Shown here piece after piece: positions 1 to 14,069 of a stretch of 64,000 nt of DNA. The notes below the pieces were generated by a model that did not search any database, was not told the DNA's origin, and saw only the letters and a program-made list of their open reading frames with translations. A program made the position numbers and the translations under genes. Where the stretch lies: NCBI GenBank assembly GCA_030141605.1, contig JAQGDQ010000499.1:62001-126000 (forward strand). Reading direction: 5' to 3'. The stretch is from Tubiluchus corallicola. Taxonomy: Eukaryota; Animalia; Priapulida. Positions within the stretch are counted from its first letter, which is position 1; the number at the start of each line of letters is the position of its first letter.

Positions 1-144
1 GCAGTTTTAAAAACGTTCGTGGTGTGTTCTGTTTTTTGAGGATTTCAAACTATCTCAGACAAAATTGCAAACCGTACAATATCATATCCATAACACTGTG
101 CAAATACTCGAGTTTAATAAGGATTTAGGAGAAAAGGGACTTAC

Positions 145-1776
145 TCTTTATAACTCATAAGGATGAATTCAAGTCCCGGATGGCCATTCTTCGTGGACCC
201 ATCAGTGGTCTTGTGCTTGGTATTCAGATTTGCTGTAAGTGAGCCTACTGGTTCGCTAGGACAACATTTGAACGTCCATACCATTTGCGTAAATGTTGGA
301 TTTTCTGTGTGAGAATACTTCACTGATATTGTGACTTCAGCTGAAGAGCTGTCAGTTCTGACATGTACCCAAGCAGTTAGTTCATAGTGACTCTTTACGT
401 GCGCGTTCAGTTTCTTCATGATAGATATATCAGCCACAAATGTTTGTTTGTTCTCAACCCACTGACTGATGGTTGAGATTGCGAACTTGTCTGCTGTCAC
501 GTTATCCTTTGTTGTTAGCGAGCATCTTACAGCATCTGTCCCGTAAATGCTCGTCCCAGACAGTTTAAGTATTAGAGTTCCGGTGAGCTCTTTGTCCCAC
601 ACAACTGCACTGTACGCTTGTTGTCCAAATTGTACAGCAGCAGTCCATTTTTTATTTACAGTAATCACCAAGAGCGCTCGACCAAAATGGCGGCGGTTTT
701 CTTGTTTAGCAACATTCAGTACAATATGGTACGTGCTTTCTTCTGGCAATATGGCGGCAATAGTAATTACACCCGTGGCTTCATTTATTCTGAATTTTCC
801 GTCTGCCTGACTCTCTGCAATAAACCAGGTAATTATACAATAGTACAGGGTTGCTTGAAAACCAGTTGTTCCCATATCTACACACATACATTCCTACTAT
901 GTGCTTAAAATGCATTTCTATCAAAGAGCCATACATGTTGCATGCGGGTCTTTCATTCTCACTCTCAGAGAATGTCAGAAATCAAAAGTAAGCGTAAAAT
1001 AATGATAATGAATCGTCAGGCAATCAGAAGAGTTGAGTTTTGGAATTTTATTACTGCCTGATTGATTTATTGATTGCTATTTATTTCAGCATATAAAACA
1101 TAAAGTATTTACAACATTTACCAACCATTTGCAAAACTGTAAACCAACTTGCTTTTCTTCTCTTTGTCTTCAAAATCCAAATCCGTGGCTCTTATTGCAT
1201 GTGGTTGAGTAGCCAGGACAGTGCCCTAAACCACAATATCTTAATGTTTATTTAAAAAGCTATTATTAATAATTAAATAAATAAATAATACTTTTAAACC
1301 CACTTAAGCTAAATTGTTTAGTGTGCGAAGCTTATCTCTTTCTCTGTGGGATTCTATCTATTAGAAAAATCAAACAAGTACAATGGGAAAGAGGAAAATA
1401 ACAAGTGACCCTCATTCAACTCTATTATTGAAGCAATATGTGGTTACATATATATTGCATGATTATTTAAGTTAACTATCATACTCTCCATCTCCATCTA
1501 TCTCTATTTATCTATCTATCTCTATCTATCCATCCATCCATCATTCCATTCATACATCCGTCCGTCCATCATCCATCCATCCATCCATCATTCCCTCCAT
1601 CCATCCATCCATCCATCCATCCATCCATCCATCCATCCATCCATCCATCCATCCATCCATCCATCCATCCATCCATCCATCCATCCATCCATCTATCCAT
1701 CTATCTATCCATCTATCCATCTATCTATCTATTTAATATCTATCTATCTACCTATTAATCTACTCTCTCTCTCCCT

Positions 1777-1815
<39 letters not shown>

Positions 1816-4430
1816 ACGACTTGATAAAAGAGAAAATATGCATTCTAGTCACTCTGTCAGCATAAAAAGTTCATATCACTAGTCTAGAGTATTTTTAATT
1901 TTAACCTAGTTAAAACAAGGTTACCATACTGCTCCGCTATAAATTAAAATGGCTTTGTGAAAAGCCGCTCTTACAGATTTACCACATTCAAATTTTCATA
2001 CACAAATGCCTGGTAAACATTTGTTATGAAGGCAGGATTCTGGTTGCTTGCGTCCAACACCTCTATGTTGAAAGTTTTTGTGTCATAAAAACCGCCAAAT
2101 TTTTCCTGCAACAGACAAAATTTTTGAATTTCTGTACGGCATTGATGAACCAGCACCAGTTGTAATTACTTACATCTCTTATAAACAGGTCTTAAATTTA
2201 TTAACGAAAAAATGATGCGTTTTGCTGGATTTCTAGCTCATCAAGTGAAAATTGTAAGTCGAGCAAAAAATGAACGATCGTTATCAAAAAAAGCTAAAAA
2301 ATTCTCAAAAGCTAAGACATTAAGCAGACAAAGTGATTTCGTTAAATAAATGAATAAATAGGTGTTATTATCTATCAATTCTGTAATTTTATTTGAGTAA
2401 AACTCTGCACTTACTCTTTCAGCAGTGTTCCTGTAATAATTGCTTTAAAAGATGGATGTGTTCTTACCTTCACCTTTATTTTAAGCTCCATCCTGCTTTT
2501 TCTTTTGTAATCGAGCGCTTTCTTCAGATGCACGTGACCAGAGCTTGAATTCGGGAATTCAAAGTACGTATGATCATCCTGAAATATCAAAACAGCACTT
2601 CTGTAATGTAAATTTACTGTTGAACGAAGGCAGGGGTATTGTTTTGAACTTTCAAACTCTAATAGAAATAAATTTTGCGTTAGCAACAAAACTGACAATG
2701 AGCTGGTATTTCAGGAGAATAAAGGAAACAAGTAAACAGAGGAAAAACGAAAAGTTCGAGAATTTATAGTGTATTGATACTATGTTGTTATCAGTATTAG
2801 AAACTTGATAGAATTAATAGCAATAAAGTGTTAATGTTCATTGTTCGGACACATCAAAGGTTTACCACGCATTGCAGTCTGTGTGTTTTGTGGGACCACA
2901 CGAGAAATGAAGATATAAAAAATAAATACATTTTTTCTTGAGTTTATGGAGGCTTTACAATTTGAATAGTCTGGCCATGTTGACAGAATAGGAGAAAGAC
3001 GACATAGAACACAGGCAACCAAGCCGAGGAGGAATCAGAATGAGATTTCAACCAGAGAACATCTTTACCGTATGTGGACAGAAACAGGGAGAGATAGAAT
3101 TTCATTTTCAACAACTAGCCTGGTCATCCACACACTAGGGGTGAGCATCGAACGTTCGAGTTCGCACATTCGAATCGAATTCGAACGCTCGAATTCGATT
3201 CGAACGAGTTTTTTTAGTTTGAACTCGATTCGAATCCAAAACTATAGATTCGAATAATTCAGCACTGCAATCACATGTTCCTGATCATTAAAACGATTGA
3301 AACATCATGCAATTAGTACAATTTAGCTGTGATTTCTGCGCACAACTTTAAACAAATTACTAGTCGTTTTATTGTAGAACGAAATCTAGTGATATGCATG
3401 ATCTTTGCAAGACTAATTTTTACTGGTGGTTCGAAAATTTGTTCGAAAATCGTTCAATCTCAATTCGAATTCGGTTCGAATTCGAAACACTGAAGTTCGG
3501 TTCGATTGGAGTTCACAAATTTGGGTCGATTCGAATTCGCTTTCTGGTAGAGAATGCTCACCCCTGCCACACACCGTCTACCCGGTCCCTAAAGAGAATA
3601 ATAACAAAATAAAGACATAATTAAAAGATATCAAACTACAGGCAAAAGAAAACAGTATGCAAAAGCTGCTGTTTGAAGAGCTTCTCAACGAGGCACCCAA
3701 TAAAAGTTCTGAAAGGTAGCCTTGAATCTCAAATGCCAATCCATTTCTGTAAACGCTCTTCATCACAGTCGCTTCCTGTTATGCAATGTTGGTCAAAGAA
3801 AGAAACAGCTATAAGCAGTATAGAAGTCACACATCTATCTGCTCACCAAGACCAGCATTGCTTAACTTTGCTGTCGAGCATGAACCATGACTATTAATGT
3901 ATTTCCTGGAGGACACCAAATTTCGCACAGTAAATGTTTCCACATAATTATTTTGTTATCATAACCAAGATTTCTGTATCTCAAATCGTAAATTAAAAAC
4001 ATGTATGTGCGGGCGCTCTTACATAGACTCCACATATAAAATATTTCCCATGTCTTCAAATAAATAGCCCCATTAAAAAACTGTTCGTATGCAGGAGCCC
4101 ATAAAGTATCCTTCTCATACTTACTGTATAGTGATTAGGAACGATGGAATAAACAATCTCGTTGTTCTCGTATTTAAAATCGTCATCTGTTGCTTCAACA
4201 GTGAAAACACGTCTACCAGGTGGAGTAGTCTGCAACACAAAAAGAATTCAAACATCTTTCTTTTCTCTCTTTCGACAGCTCTCCCGCTCGCTCGCTCTCT
4301 CTCTCCCTCTTTCTTTTTTCTCTCTCTCTCCCTCTTTCTTTTGCCTCTCTCTCTCTCTCTCCCTCTCCCCCCTCTCTCTCCCTCTCTCTCTCCCTCTCTC
4401 TCTCTCTCCCTCTCTCTCTCTCTCCCTCTC

Positions 4431-4490
<60 letters not shown>

Positions 4491-7400
4491 CCTCTCTCCC
4501 TCTCCCTCTCTCCCTCCCTCTCCCTCTCCCTCTCCCTCTCCCTCTCCCTCTCCCTCTCCCTCTCCCTCTCCCTCTCTCCACTTACCTCGTTAACTTTTAT
4601 ATTCATGTTTTGTTTAAGAATCCTCGGCTTATTATTGTTTATGTCCTGTATCCTAATCCAGATAAGAATCAACGAATACTAGAATAGAGAAATACCAGAA
4701 CTTAAACGCTGTTTTCAGCGAAAACAAAGTCTCACAAGTTGGAAAGAAAATAGCTATCACTGACTTGAGAAAAATTAGTTATAAAACAGCACAGATTGGG
4801 AAGCCAATAGCTAAAAAAACGTCAGACTGAGGAGAAATCAAACACATAATGAGTCATGCTGGAAAGACATTAGCTACAAAATATCATAAATAGGGGAAAA
4901 TTTAGGGAAGAAATATCACATGTTGAGAAGAAATAAACTATAGCATGTCACATATTGGGAAGATATCATCTACAAAATTTCACATTCAAATCACACAAAT
5001 TACAAATCTCACAAACTGGGAAAAAATTAGTTTGAAAATGTCACAAATTGAAGAAAAAAATTGCTAAAAAATATTACAGATTAAAGAAAAATTAGCTAAA
5101 AATATTATAGGTTGAAGAAAAATTAGCTACAAAATGGCGCAGATTGAAGAAAAAATAGCTAAAAATATCACAGATTGAAGAAAAATTAGCAACAAAATGG
5201 TGCAGATTGAAGAAAAATAGCTAAAAATATTACAGATTGAAGAAAAATTAGCTACAAAATATTACAGATTGAAGAAAAGTTTGCTAAAAATATCACAGAT
5301 TGAAGAAAAATTAGCTAAAAATATTACATTGAAGAAAAATTTGCTAAAAATATCACAGATTGAAGAAAAATTAGCTAAAAATATCACAGATTGAACAAAA
5401 ATAGGCTACAAAATGGCGCAGATTGAAGAAAAATTAGCTAAAAATATCACAGATTGAAGAAAATTAGTTAAAAAATGGCGCAGATTGAAGAAAAAATAGA
5501 TAAAAATATCACAGATTGATTAGCTAAAAATGGCACAGATTGAAGAAAAATTAGCTAAAAATATCACAGATTGAAGAAAAATTAGCTAAAAATATCACAG
5601 ATTGAAGAAAAAATAGCTAAAAATATCACAGATTGAAGAAAAATTAGCTAAAAATATCGCAGATTGAAGAAAAAATAGCTAAAAATATCACAGATTGAAG
5701 AAAAATTAGCTACAAAATGGCGCAGATTAAAGAAAAAATAGCTAAAAATATCGCAGATTGAAGAAAAATTAGCTAAAAATGGCGAATTAAAGAAAATAGC
5801 TAAATATCGCAGATTGAAGAAAAATTAGCTAAAAATGGCGCGATTGAAGAAAAAATGATTGAAGAAAAATTAGCTACAAAATGGCACAGATTGAAGAAAA
5901 AATAGCTAAAAATATCACAGATTGAAGAAAAATCAGTTACAAAATGGCGCAGATTGACGGAAAAATAGATAAAAATATCACAGATTGAAGAAAAAATAGC
6001 TACAAAATATCACAGATTGAAGAAAAATTAGCTAAAAATATCACTGATTGAAGAAAAATTAGCTAAAAATTATACAGATTGAAGAAAATTAGCTAAAAAT
6101 ATGACAGATTGGAGAAAAATTAGCTAAAAATATCTCAGATTGAAGAAAAATTAGTTAGAAATGACACAGATTGAAGAAAAAAATAGCTAAAAATATCACA
6201 GATTGGAGAAAAATTAGCTAAAAATATCACAGATTGCGAAGAAAATACCTGTTAAATTTCACAAACATGAGCAGGTACAAAACTTTGAGGCTTTTTACTT
6301 TACTTACACCGAGTTTCGGATCGTAAAGCTGTTCAGGCAAAACGTCACCACGAAAATCTCCATGAGTACATATCAGGGGAACTTTCATTTTGGTTTGCCC
6401 ATTCAGCTTTTCTTCTTGAGCCAGTATCTGTGAAAAATGAAAAGATTAACAGTGGCCCGATGACGCGAAAATTACACAAGTCAAATGTAATGATGTTAGG
6501 TGTAATGAACTCCATTCAGATTTTCAGGACATGAAATATTAATTTTTATCTCCGGAACAACCTCATAAAAACAAGGACGTTCTTCAAGAAACGAATCACC
6601 AGTCTTTTTGAGATACTTCTCAGTCGTCTGTGATCGTAGAGTTCTTGGATTCCTCAGGGCTGCGAATGGTGTCAATACGATAATGACATAAAAATTGTGT
6701 CATGTGCGTTTAAAGTGTTTTCCATTCACAAAGGTGCGTTCAGTAAAAGCCTAATGCATCACTTTTTCAGCAGCTGTTTTAGCTGTTTTATGTCGCTTAA
6801 AACTAAAAATTCAAAATTTGCGTTTGTGTATAATGCGGATGCGGATGCGGAGGCAATTTCCCTCTGAGGAACAGTCTGCGGAAAAAAACAAAAGCAAACA
6901 CCTGTACAAAAAGAATAACGCGTGCTGCATAAACGGGTTCATTGAAAACAGTATAAAACTGTTTTATCTATTCCGTACCCTCCCCCTAGCGCATACGCAT
7001 CCGGATCTACATAAACGCCACTTAACGCATACCCAATCCGGATCTACATAAACGCCACTTAATTCATACGCATTCCGGATGCTACATAGACGCCACTTAA
7101 TTCATACGCATTCCGGATGCTACATAAACGCCACTTAATTCATACGCATTCCGGATGCTACATAAACGCCACTTAATTCATACGCATTCCGGATGCTACA
7201 TACACGCAACGTAAATGCTCTTTTTGGTCGAGACTCGTCCAAATCGCTAATCATCTGTATGTTGTTCTTTTTGTTCTTGTGCTCGTTGGCGATGACTTTT
7301 TTGAAAAAAAGTCAAAGGATCCATGAATTTGCCATGGAGACACCATGAAATTTCACAGAACATACTACGACCAATTCCACATCGGTTGACGGAGTCGGAT

Positions 7401-10400
7401 TTTACATCCGCCATTTTGAATTAAAGATGGCGCTAATTGTCCTGAAACTTTATAGAAATACATCACAACGAATTTCGCATAGTCGGATTTTCGATCCGCT
7501 ATTTTGAGCTCAAGATGTGGGCAATAATACCATTTTGATAAAATCCTAAGGCTTCGCCAATTCGCAGTCCATCGTCATGACACTTTTTGGAAATACACTA
7601 GAAGAAATTCCGCATTGATTTCATGAAGCCAGATTTCCCATTTGCCATTTCCATTTTCGAAAAAAGTCTAAAGCTCCACCAGTTCGCAACGGATAGTTAT
7701 CAAACTCTGCAGGAATACACTAGAAAGAATTATGCATCTACTGACAGTGTCGGAATTTCGATTCACCATGTTAAATTCAATGCGAACAAATCTTCAAATT
7801 TGGCTGTAAATTGACTTTTGTAGTATAATTCTTCACAAGCATGGGCTATGTAGTAATTTACAAAAAGTATCTTTGTCGGGAAATCCAAAGTATAAGTGCC
7901 TATAATGTAGCAAATCCAGTCAAAATGCTGAGACAAAATCCAATTATCTATTTTGCTCACAAATTGACTGTTTATCAACAACATCATACCAATCAGGTTC
8001 ACATCACATTATTACAAAGATAGACAAGAAATACACCTGCACTGTCGTACTCACCCATTTTGCTAAATCTTCTTTAAACTCCAGATAATGTTGCCCAGAA
8101 GTTTCTCTAATCTTAAACCAGTCTGAATCATCTCCGCGCTCCCCGTACAATTTATTGTTGTGGTAGAACTTCAGAGATGGCGCTGTATGACGGCTCAAAG
8201 AAGAACCAATATCAAGCTTGATTGCATAACCTACAAGTTAAAAGTAGGATGTGAGTGCTCAACCGAGATGTAGACCCATACCTGGCATGGAGACCCATAC
8301 TAGAGATGCAGACCCATACCGTGACATAATGTCACTACAGACAAAAATTTGTTTGGACACTTTTTTACCTTGTTACGTTGACGTTTCGAGTTTTTGAACC
8401 AGTGGCGATGGGTTTCCAGGTCTGCTTACCATGGGTCCATTTGGCTAAGTTTGCTGACAATAGGTTCATCCGTTTTTATTTTATTGTGCGGACAGGCAAG
8501 TTCGACTAATCGACCCGACTATAGTCGACAGTGTCAATAATTAGAATTCATAAACCTACAATAATCAGCCAGATACAATCTTCTTCAGCAGCTAGTAATC
8601 TACGTGGAAGTCCCGGTTATTTTCATTAAGCATCGTGCACCCAGCACCTTGCAGCATACTAAGTTACACCACCGTTGCGTGCATTATCTTATGAAGTACA
8701 CTCTCGCAAGTCACTCCACGTACAATTACACTCTCGCACGTCACTCCACGTACAATTACACTCTCGCACGTCACTCCACGTACAAGTACACTCTCGCACG
8801 TCACCCCACGTACAAGTACACTCTCGCACGTCACTCCACATACAAGAACACTCTCGCACGCCACTCCACATACAAGAACACTCTCGCACGCCACTCCACG
8901 TGCAATTACACTCTCGCACGTCACTCCACGTACAAGTACACTCTCGCACGCCACTCCACGTACAAGTACACTCTCGCACGTCACTCCACGTACAATCCTA
9001 TCAAATACAATAAATAAACCAGAAAAAATTATTACCTTTTTTGACGTTTTCATACACAGTGAGCCACATCTCATAAATGCCAGCAGGATCGCAGCCTCCT
9101 AAAAAAGTCATGTCATCCTGAAGCAATGAAGATGCAATAGGATTTTTTACAATTTTATTGCTTGCAGTTGCTTAACCCGGGAACAACAAACGGCAAAACA
9201 CCATGGCTCTGAATTTTATCTAATTAGAACATCTCTCATAGTTCGTTTTATTAATTTTCATTTCACTAATAGCCATAATTATTCCTGACAACATGTAACA
9301 CGTAATGAGAAAATTTAAGTTTTTACTGATCAGTTAATTTTTCGTTAAAGGAGAAGACAAAGCAAATTTAAAGTACATCTCAAAAAAAATTCCATGCAAA
9401 GTTGTATCACTTAGCACTATGCCTGCCGCTTATGTAACGGAAAAGGAAACTAAAAACATTCCTGCCAACTCGTTAGACGTCACTGTATCTCCATCCCAGT
9501 GTGCAGCACTGAATAACCAAAAAAAGAAGTGATTGATCTTACTGACAGTATAAAGTACTTTATGCGTTTGCTTAGTTAACGAAGAGTGCGCTACGAATGC
9601 TCTAATTATTTTCAAGCTTCACGCAATGTTATCTAAACTTGTTTCAAACGACTTACCATTAAATGACTGCGTCTAGCCAAATCGCGGCATACAAGTTTTA
9701 CTGAACGTTACTACTACCGCAAGCTCTGCAAGCAATAAGACACAATGCAAGTGGTATAGAAATCCAAGACTAATCTTTAAGCTTTATTTATGAAGAGCGC
9801 TTTCTTGTCCTTTAAACGCAATTTTGATCAATTGTGTGTATTAAGTAGAAGTCAATTAATGATTGTAGATTTTTAAGTAGATTTAGTATAGACACTATTG
9901 ACTATTGCTTTCATCAGTCCTCCAACGGTTTGTAAACAAAAAAATTTTGTATATGTATTTTGTACAGTAGTAACAGTACAGAATATGTACATTAATTGCA
10001 ATAAAGATTATGAATATTATTATTATACTCTCAATATAATAATACGGCACCAGTAAAAATAATTTCGTTGTATAGTGGATAGTGCGTTGTATTAGTTGTG
10101 TGTAGCTGATTATTGATGCTTGAGGAAGAGTCTGATTATAAAACGACACGTTTATTAAACATCAACACAATAAATATAATAGATAGCAATGCCAAAAGCC
10201 CCTGATCTAACGGCTCTCTGTACGCTCCGGCTCCCAGACTCAATCTCAGACTAATTCCTCGAACTGTAGACCTCGCACGCTTTATATATCGTGCGCGGTA
10301 CCCCGGCACCTCAATTTCTGAATCACCTACTCGCGTGACACTACTCCTTAACTGACTTCATCATACCAGCATCTATCAACATAATTATTTAACATAATCT

Positions 10401-11079
10401 AACAGGTTCTCTTTACTGTACCACCTGTTAATTAGCTAGGCAGCCGGTGGACTATGATGAGTTACAAATTACTTCTTAACTTTATCTTATTCCGAAACAA
10501 TATTGGCCAACCACCTCTTAAATTTCATAGAGTTCATTCTATAGTTATATCTTACTTTGCTTATTACTTTAATTATTAATCAGTTGTCCGAAATGTTTTC
10601 ATACGTACATTAAATTCAAGATACAAACCGGGTGAGTCATTTTCCTTGAACGGAATGATCTTCGTTCAGATTCCAATTATTCATTAATTGATTTCAATTT
10701 TATTTTCCTAATGAACGACTTAACATTCTAAAATGAATTCATAACATTACGATTATAAACAGCAGCACTGCACGCACGTTCAGCCAGGTGCCTGTGAAAT
10801 CCTGTAGCATAAAAACCCGGTTGATCCTGTTAACCTGTTAACTGAAAACACATGAAAACCTGAAAAAACTGATTTCTTCACTTCCTGTTCAAACGTGGCA
10901 TCTCTTTTTTACAAATCTACATTCAGATGGTGAAACTATCACTTACCGTTTTTAATTCTGTCATATTTGGGAAATTTCCCTTCCACTCCAAGCAGATCAT
11001 GGTCTCCTACTCTTTGGTAGCTGAGAGTAATACGTGTAATCAGTGAAGCCAGAAACAATCTGGCTTCCATCCGGCCCAT
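145..11079 (-). CDS. Divergent cadherin-repeat (cadherin-related) protein, multi-exon, 3' end beyond the left edge
   Basis: Phase-compatible GT-AG exons at 10947-11079 (putative ATG exon, least certain), 9036-9098, 8055-8230, 6308-6427, 4586-4678, 4125-4229, 2468-2578, 1983-2105, 1126-1225 and 145-814. Translation shows cadherin motifs: [67 protein letters not shown]. Confidence 0.85.
1490..1815. repeat. (ATCC)n/(ATCT)n/(CT)n compound microsatellite in a cadherin intron
   Basis: Directly visible tandem tetra- and dinucleotides. Confidence 0.95.
3136..3566. mobile_element. Non-autonomous hAT-type MITE with TTCGAA-rich subterminal repeats
   Basis: TIRs TAGGGGTGAGCAT...ATGCTCACCCCTG with a perfect 8-bp TSD CCACACAC (3128-3135 and 3567-3574). 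Related partial copies at ~32783-33150 and ~49954-50265. Confidence 0.85.
4263..4578. repeat. (CT)n/(CCCTCT)n tract filling a cadherin intron
   Basis: Visible low-complexity run; it is the source of the spurious ER/SL-repeat ORFs. Confidence 0.95.
4740..6245. repeat. ~30-31 bp minisatellite (CAGATTGAAGAAAAATTAGCTAAAAATATCA)n
   Basis: Dozens of tandem copies, degenerating toward the left edge. Confidence 0.95.
6733..7212. mobile_element. Probable PIF/Harbinger-type MITE with an internal ~36-bp tandem array (6990-7205)
   Basis: Imperfect ends AGGTGCGTTCA...TACACGCAAC; internal unit CATACGCATTCCGGATGCTACATAAACGCCACTTAATT. A related element with TIR-like ends lies at ~29968-30360. Confidence 0.5.
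8694..8995. repeat. 30-bp minisatellite, ~10 copies
   Basis: Unit TACACTCTCGCACGTCACTCCACGTACAA(T/G). Confidence 0.95.
9349..9811. mobile_element. Non-autonomous TTAA-target (Kolobok-like) element, family A
   Basis: TTAA|AGGAGAAG...TTCTTGTCCT|TTAA; shares the internal GCTACGAATGCTCT..TTATCTAAACTTGTTTCAAA block with other copies. Confidence 0.6.
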
Positions 11080-11288
11080 GGCTTACTTTATTTCTCATTC
11101 AGTTGTCACATGAACTATCAGCTTCTCAAAACTCGCTCAACAGCATTTGCTCCTATGCTGTGTGAACTAGTGGACGAATTTTAAAAAATTAATTGCGTTT
11201 TTAGTTTTCAATGTGCCTGTGTTTGTTTCTAAGTATAGCGTTGCTATGGTTACACTTGTATCTGTGAAGCTTTGTTTTGTTTTTTTAA

Positions 11289-11639
11289 AGGACAAGAAAA
11301 GAGGTGCCTGACCTAGGCCAGGGTGCACCACTCACTAACCAAAAACGTATTTTTAATCTTATTGAGAAGATACAGTAATTTCAAATTTTATTTTGTTAGT
11401 AACGTGTGCGATACGAATGCTCTGATTACTTTTTCAAAGTTTACACAATGTTACCTAAACTTGTTTCAAATGACCTATTATCAGAATGGCTGAGGTCATC
11501 ACGGGAGTTTAAATTTACAAGTTTTATACAGCGTGACTGCCGATTGAAGTGCTGTATGTAAAAAGGCAGTATGTAAGCGATATAAAATTTCAAAACGAAT
11601 TTTTCAAACTTTTATGTAAGTTGAGGGTTTTCTTGTGGT
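11289..11639. mobile_element. Kolobok-like family A copy (internally deleted)
   Basis: TTAA|AGGACAAGAAAA...TTTTCTTGTGGT|TTAA. Confidence 0.65.
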
Positions 11640-12992
11640 TTAAAGGTATTGTGAGTACAATTAACTAGACTAGTTTTACATTTTTAGAAATCGTTCTCTT
11701 TTCATATCATCCAAACCAGACTATGCGAGGAAAATAAGAAACGATAAATAGAGTCACAAACATTAAACTGCTGAAGGCTTTTTTAGATTGTTTGTGCTTC
11801 GTTTTCAGCCTGATTAAACAATTTTGTTATCCTTGATCAGACACGCGGATCTGTACTGAAGTTGACTGAAAGGCGTTTGTTAAACTTTATACAATTCATT
11901 TTCATTTTAGCCTGTCAACCCAGAGGCAGGTCAATCTCACTTTCACGTACTACATATAAGTACGTCTTATACTTCCTATTTACATACCAGGTTTATAAGT
12001 TAATGATATTCTTTTACTGGGCTTCACTATATCCATTGTACCTGTATATGATCTGTGAGTTTTGGCTTCCCTGTAAGCAAACAGTGAATAATGTCAATTC
12101 TATGTTATTTTTAAACTCAATCATTTTTAAAATGGAATGTCATTATTGTGTTGCTGGAAAGTGTTTGCCTTATATCATTCACATGTAACTAAAAAACACA
12201 ACAAAAACACATGATATACATACTAACACTAAATTACCGTTTGTGTTCATTTATTTCAGAGCTGCTGGAAACTTGACATATAATCAGCATGACCAGACTT
12301 ATTTCAATCAGTACCTATCACAGGAGTGTACATTTAAAGGTATATTTGCCTCAGTTAGTTCAATGAAATTATAGTAGGTAGCAGCACAGGTATGCAAACA
12401 TTGTATCTGTCAGCTGGTACATGGTAACACGACACCACCTATTGCCAATTAAGAGGAAACTTACTAGCCCAATGCTCCTTTAATATACATGTAGTAAACC
12501 CAAACAATTTATATAAAGTGCAAATATTCATAAAACAAGTAACAAACTTGCCTGCAGCAAAAAAATGTAACATCAGGAACATACATAAAACATTTCACAA
12601 TGAATTTTTAATATCACAAAGCTAAATAATGAAAATAACCAGAAATTATTTATTACAATGTTTTTAACGCCAATATCACATTGATGATCAGCGTTACCTA
12701 CGAAAATAATAATCAATTAACCGTTATTTTAATACATGATATGCATAAAACATAATTCAATTTCACAATAACAGAATCGGCAATTACTAAAGCCATATTG
12801 CTACTACATAGCTGACAATTTAAGTGAGTAGTAATGAAAGACATTCAATCGCATAAAAATATTGTCCACCCATAGCATATAATTTTCCTAAAAGATAGAA
12901 ATAGACACGTTTATATATATTTCCAAATTTGAATAATACATTGGCCTTTATCATACACAAACAATACAGATAAACTTTTTTTAAATTTAATA

Positions 12993-13258
12993 CAGTCAAA
13001 CCTCATTATAATGCCTCCCCCCTTATAATGCCAACCTCCCCATTTTTTCTCGAAACAAAATGTCTATATTTGCACAAACGTAGGAATTAATGCACCTCAT
13101 TATAATGCCAACCTCGCTTAATGCCCGCATTTTCTGGAAAACAAAATGTCTATTTTCATAGACTTGTATGTATTAGTGCACCTTGTTTTACTGGCAAACT
13201 CGCTTAATGGCAACTTTTTCTGGAGTCCTATAGCGGGTGGTATAAGGAGGTTTGACTG
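12993..13258. mobile_element. Tc1/mariner-pogo type MITE downstream of GSR
   Basis: TA|CAGTCAAACCTCATTATA...TATAAGGAGGTTTGACTG TIRs. Confidence 0.75.
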
Positions 13259-14069
13259 AACCTTAAAAAACTATTCTATCCAACTTCTAGCTATACTATT
13301 ATGTAAACTAAATTCAACTTATTAATATTAAAATGACAGTTCTCAAAAAAGGTTTATATGTAGTTATGTGCAACACAAGTACTGTAATACATAAACCGTG
13401 TTACTCTTAATGACAATGTTTCTTACGAATGAAGTCATAAACATCAAAAGAGTCACCTGGACAGACTAAGCAGGCATTTATTTGTACTTTGTACTTGAAG
13501 GCACGTATAATTAACTTCATGATCACAGGACCGATTTTCTTATAATTCTACCAACATGAGAAAGTGTGACCTGTCAAATAGAATAAAATAGGGTACAAAA
13601 GCAAAGTAAATACAATTCAATCGGTATTTCCTTTAGTATAAGAACTCTGGGTGTTAAATAACTGGAGTTCAGTTTATTACGATTGAAATTTGTAAGAACA
13701 GTTCACAAGTAAATTACACCCAAAACTTAATCAAAACAAATTAATTTTAACCCATAATTACAGAAGTTTTGAAACGCCTTGACAGAAAAAAAACACAAAA
13801 GACATTACGGTGTTTAGATTTGAATGAGGGGCATTGGATCACAGTTTAAGGAATTACATTACTGATCAAAATTAATTGGAATAGCAGCTCAAATGCATCT
13901 CATTTTGAAGTGGAGTCTCGCTCGAGAATTTAAATTTTTTGAACATATATGAAAGTATCTCTTAAAAATAGTAGTTAAATTTAACAACGTTGACTAAACA
14001 CTAAACTATTAATAATCCCTGAGAATATCTACGTTTATCAATTCACCCGTTTGTCTGCTACTACAGAAA

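Noticed and set aside
10069-10339. Possible solo LTR (TG...CA with TATA-like and AATAAA signals)
   Set aside because: No matching TSD and no second copy in the window to define its ends.
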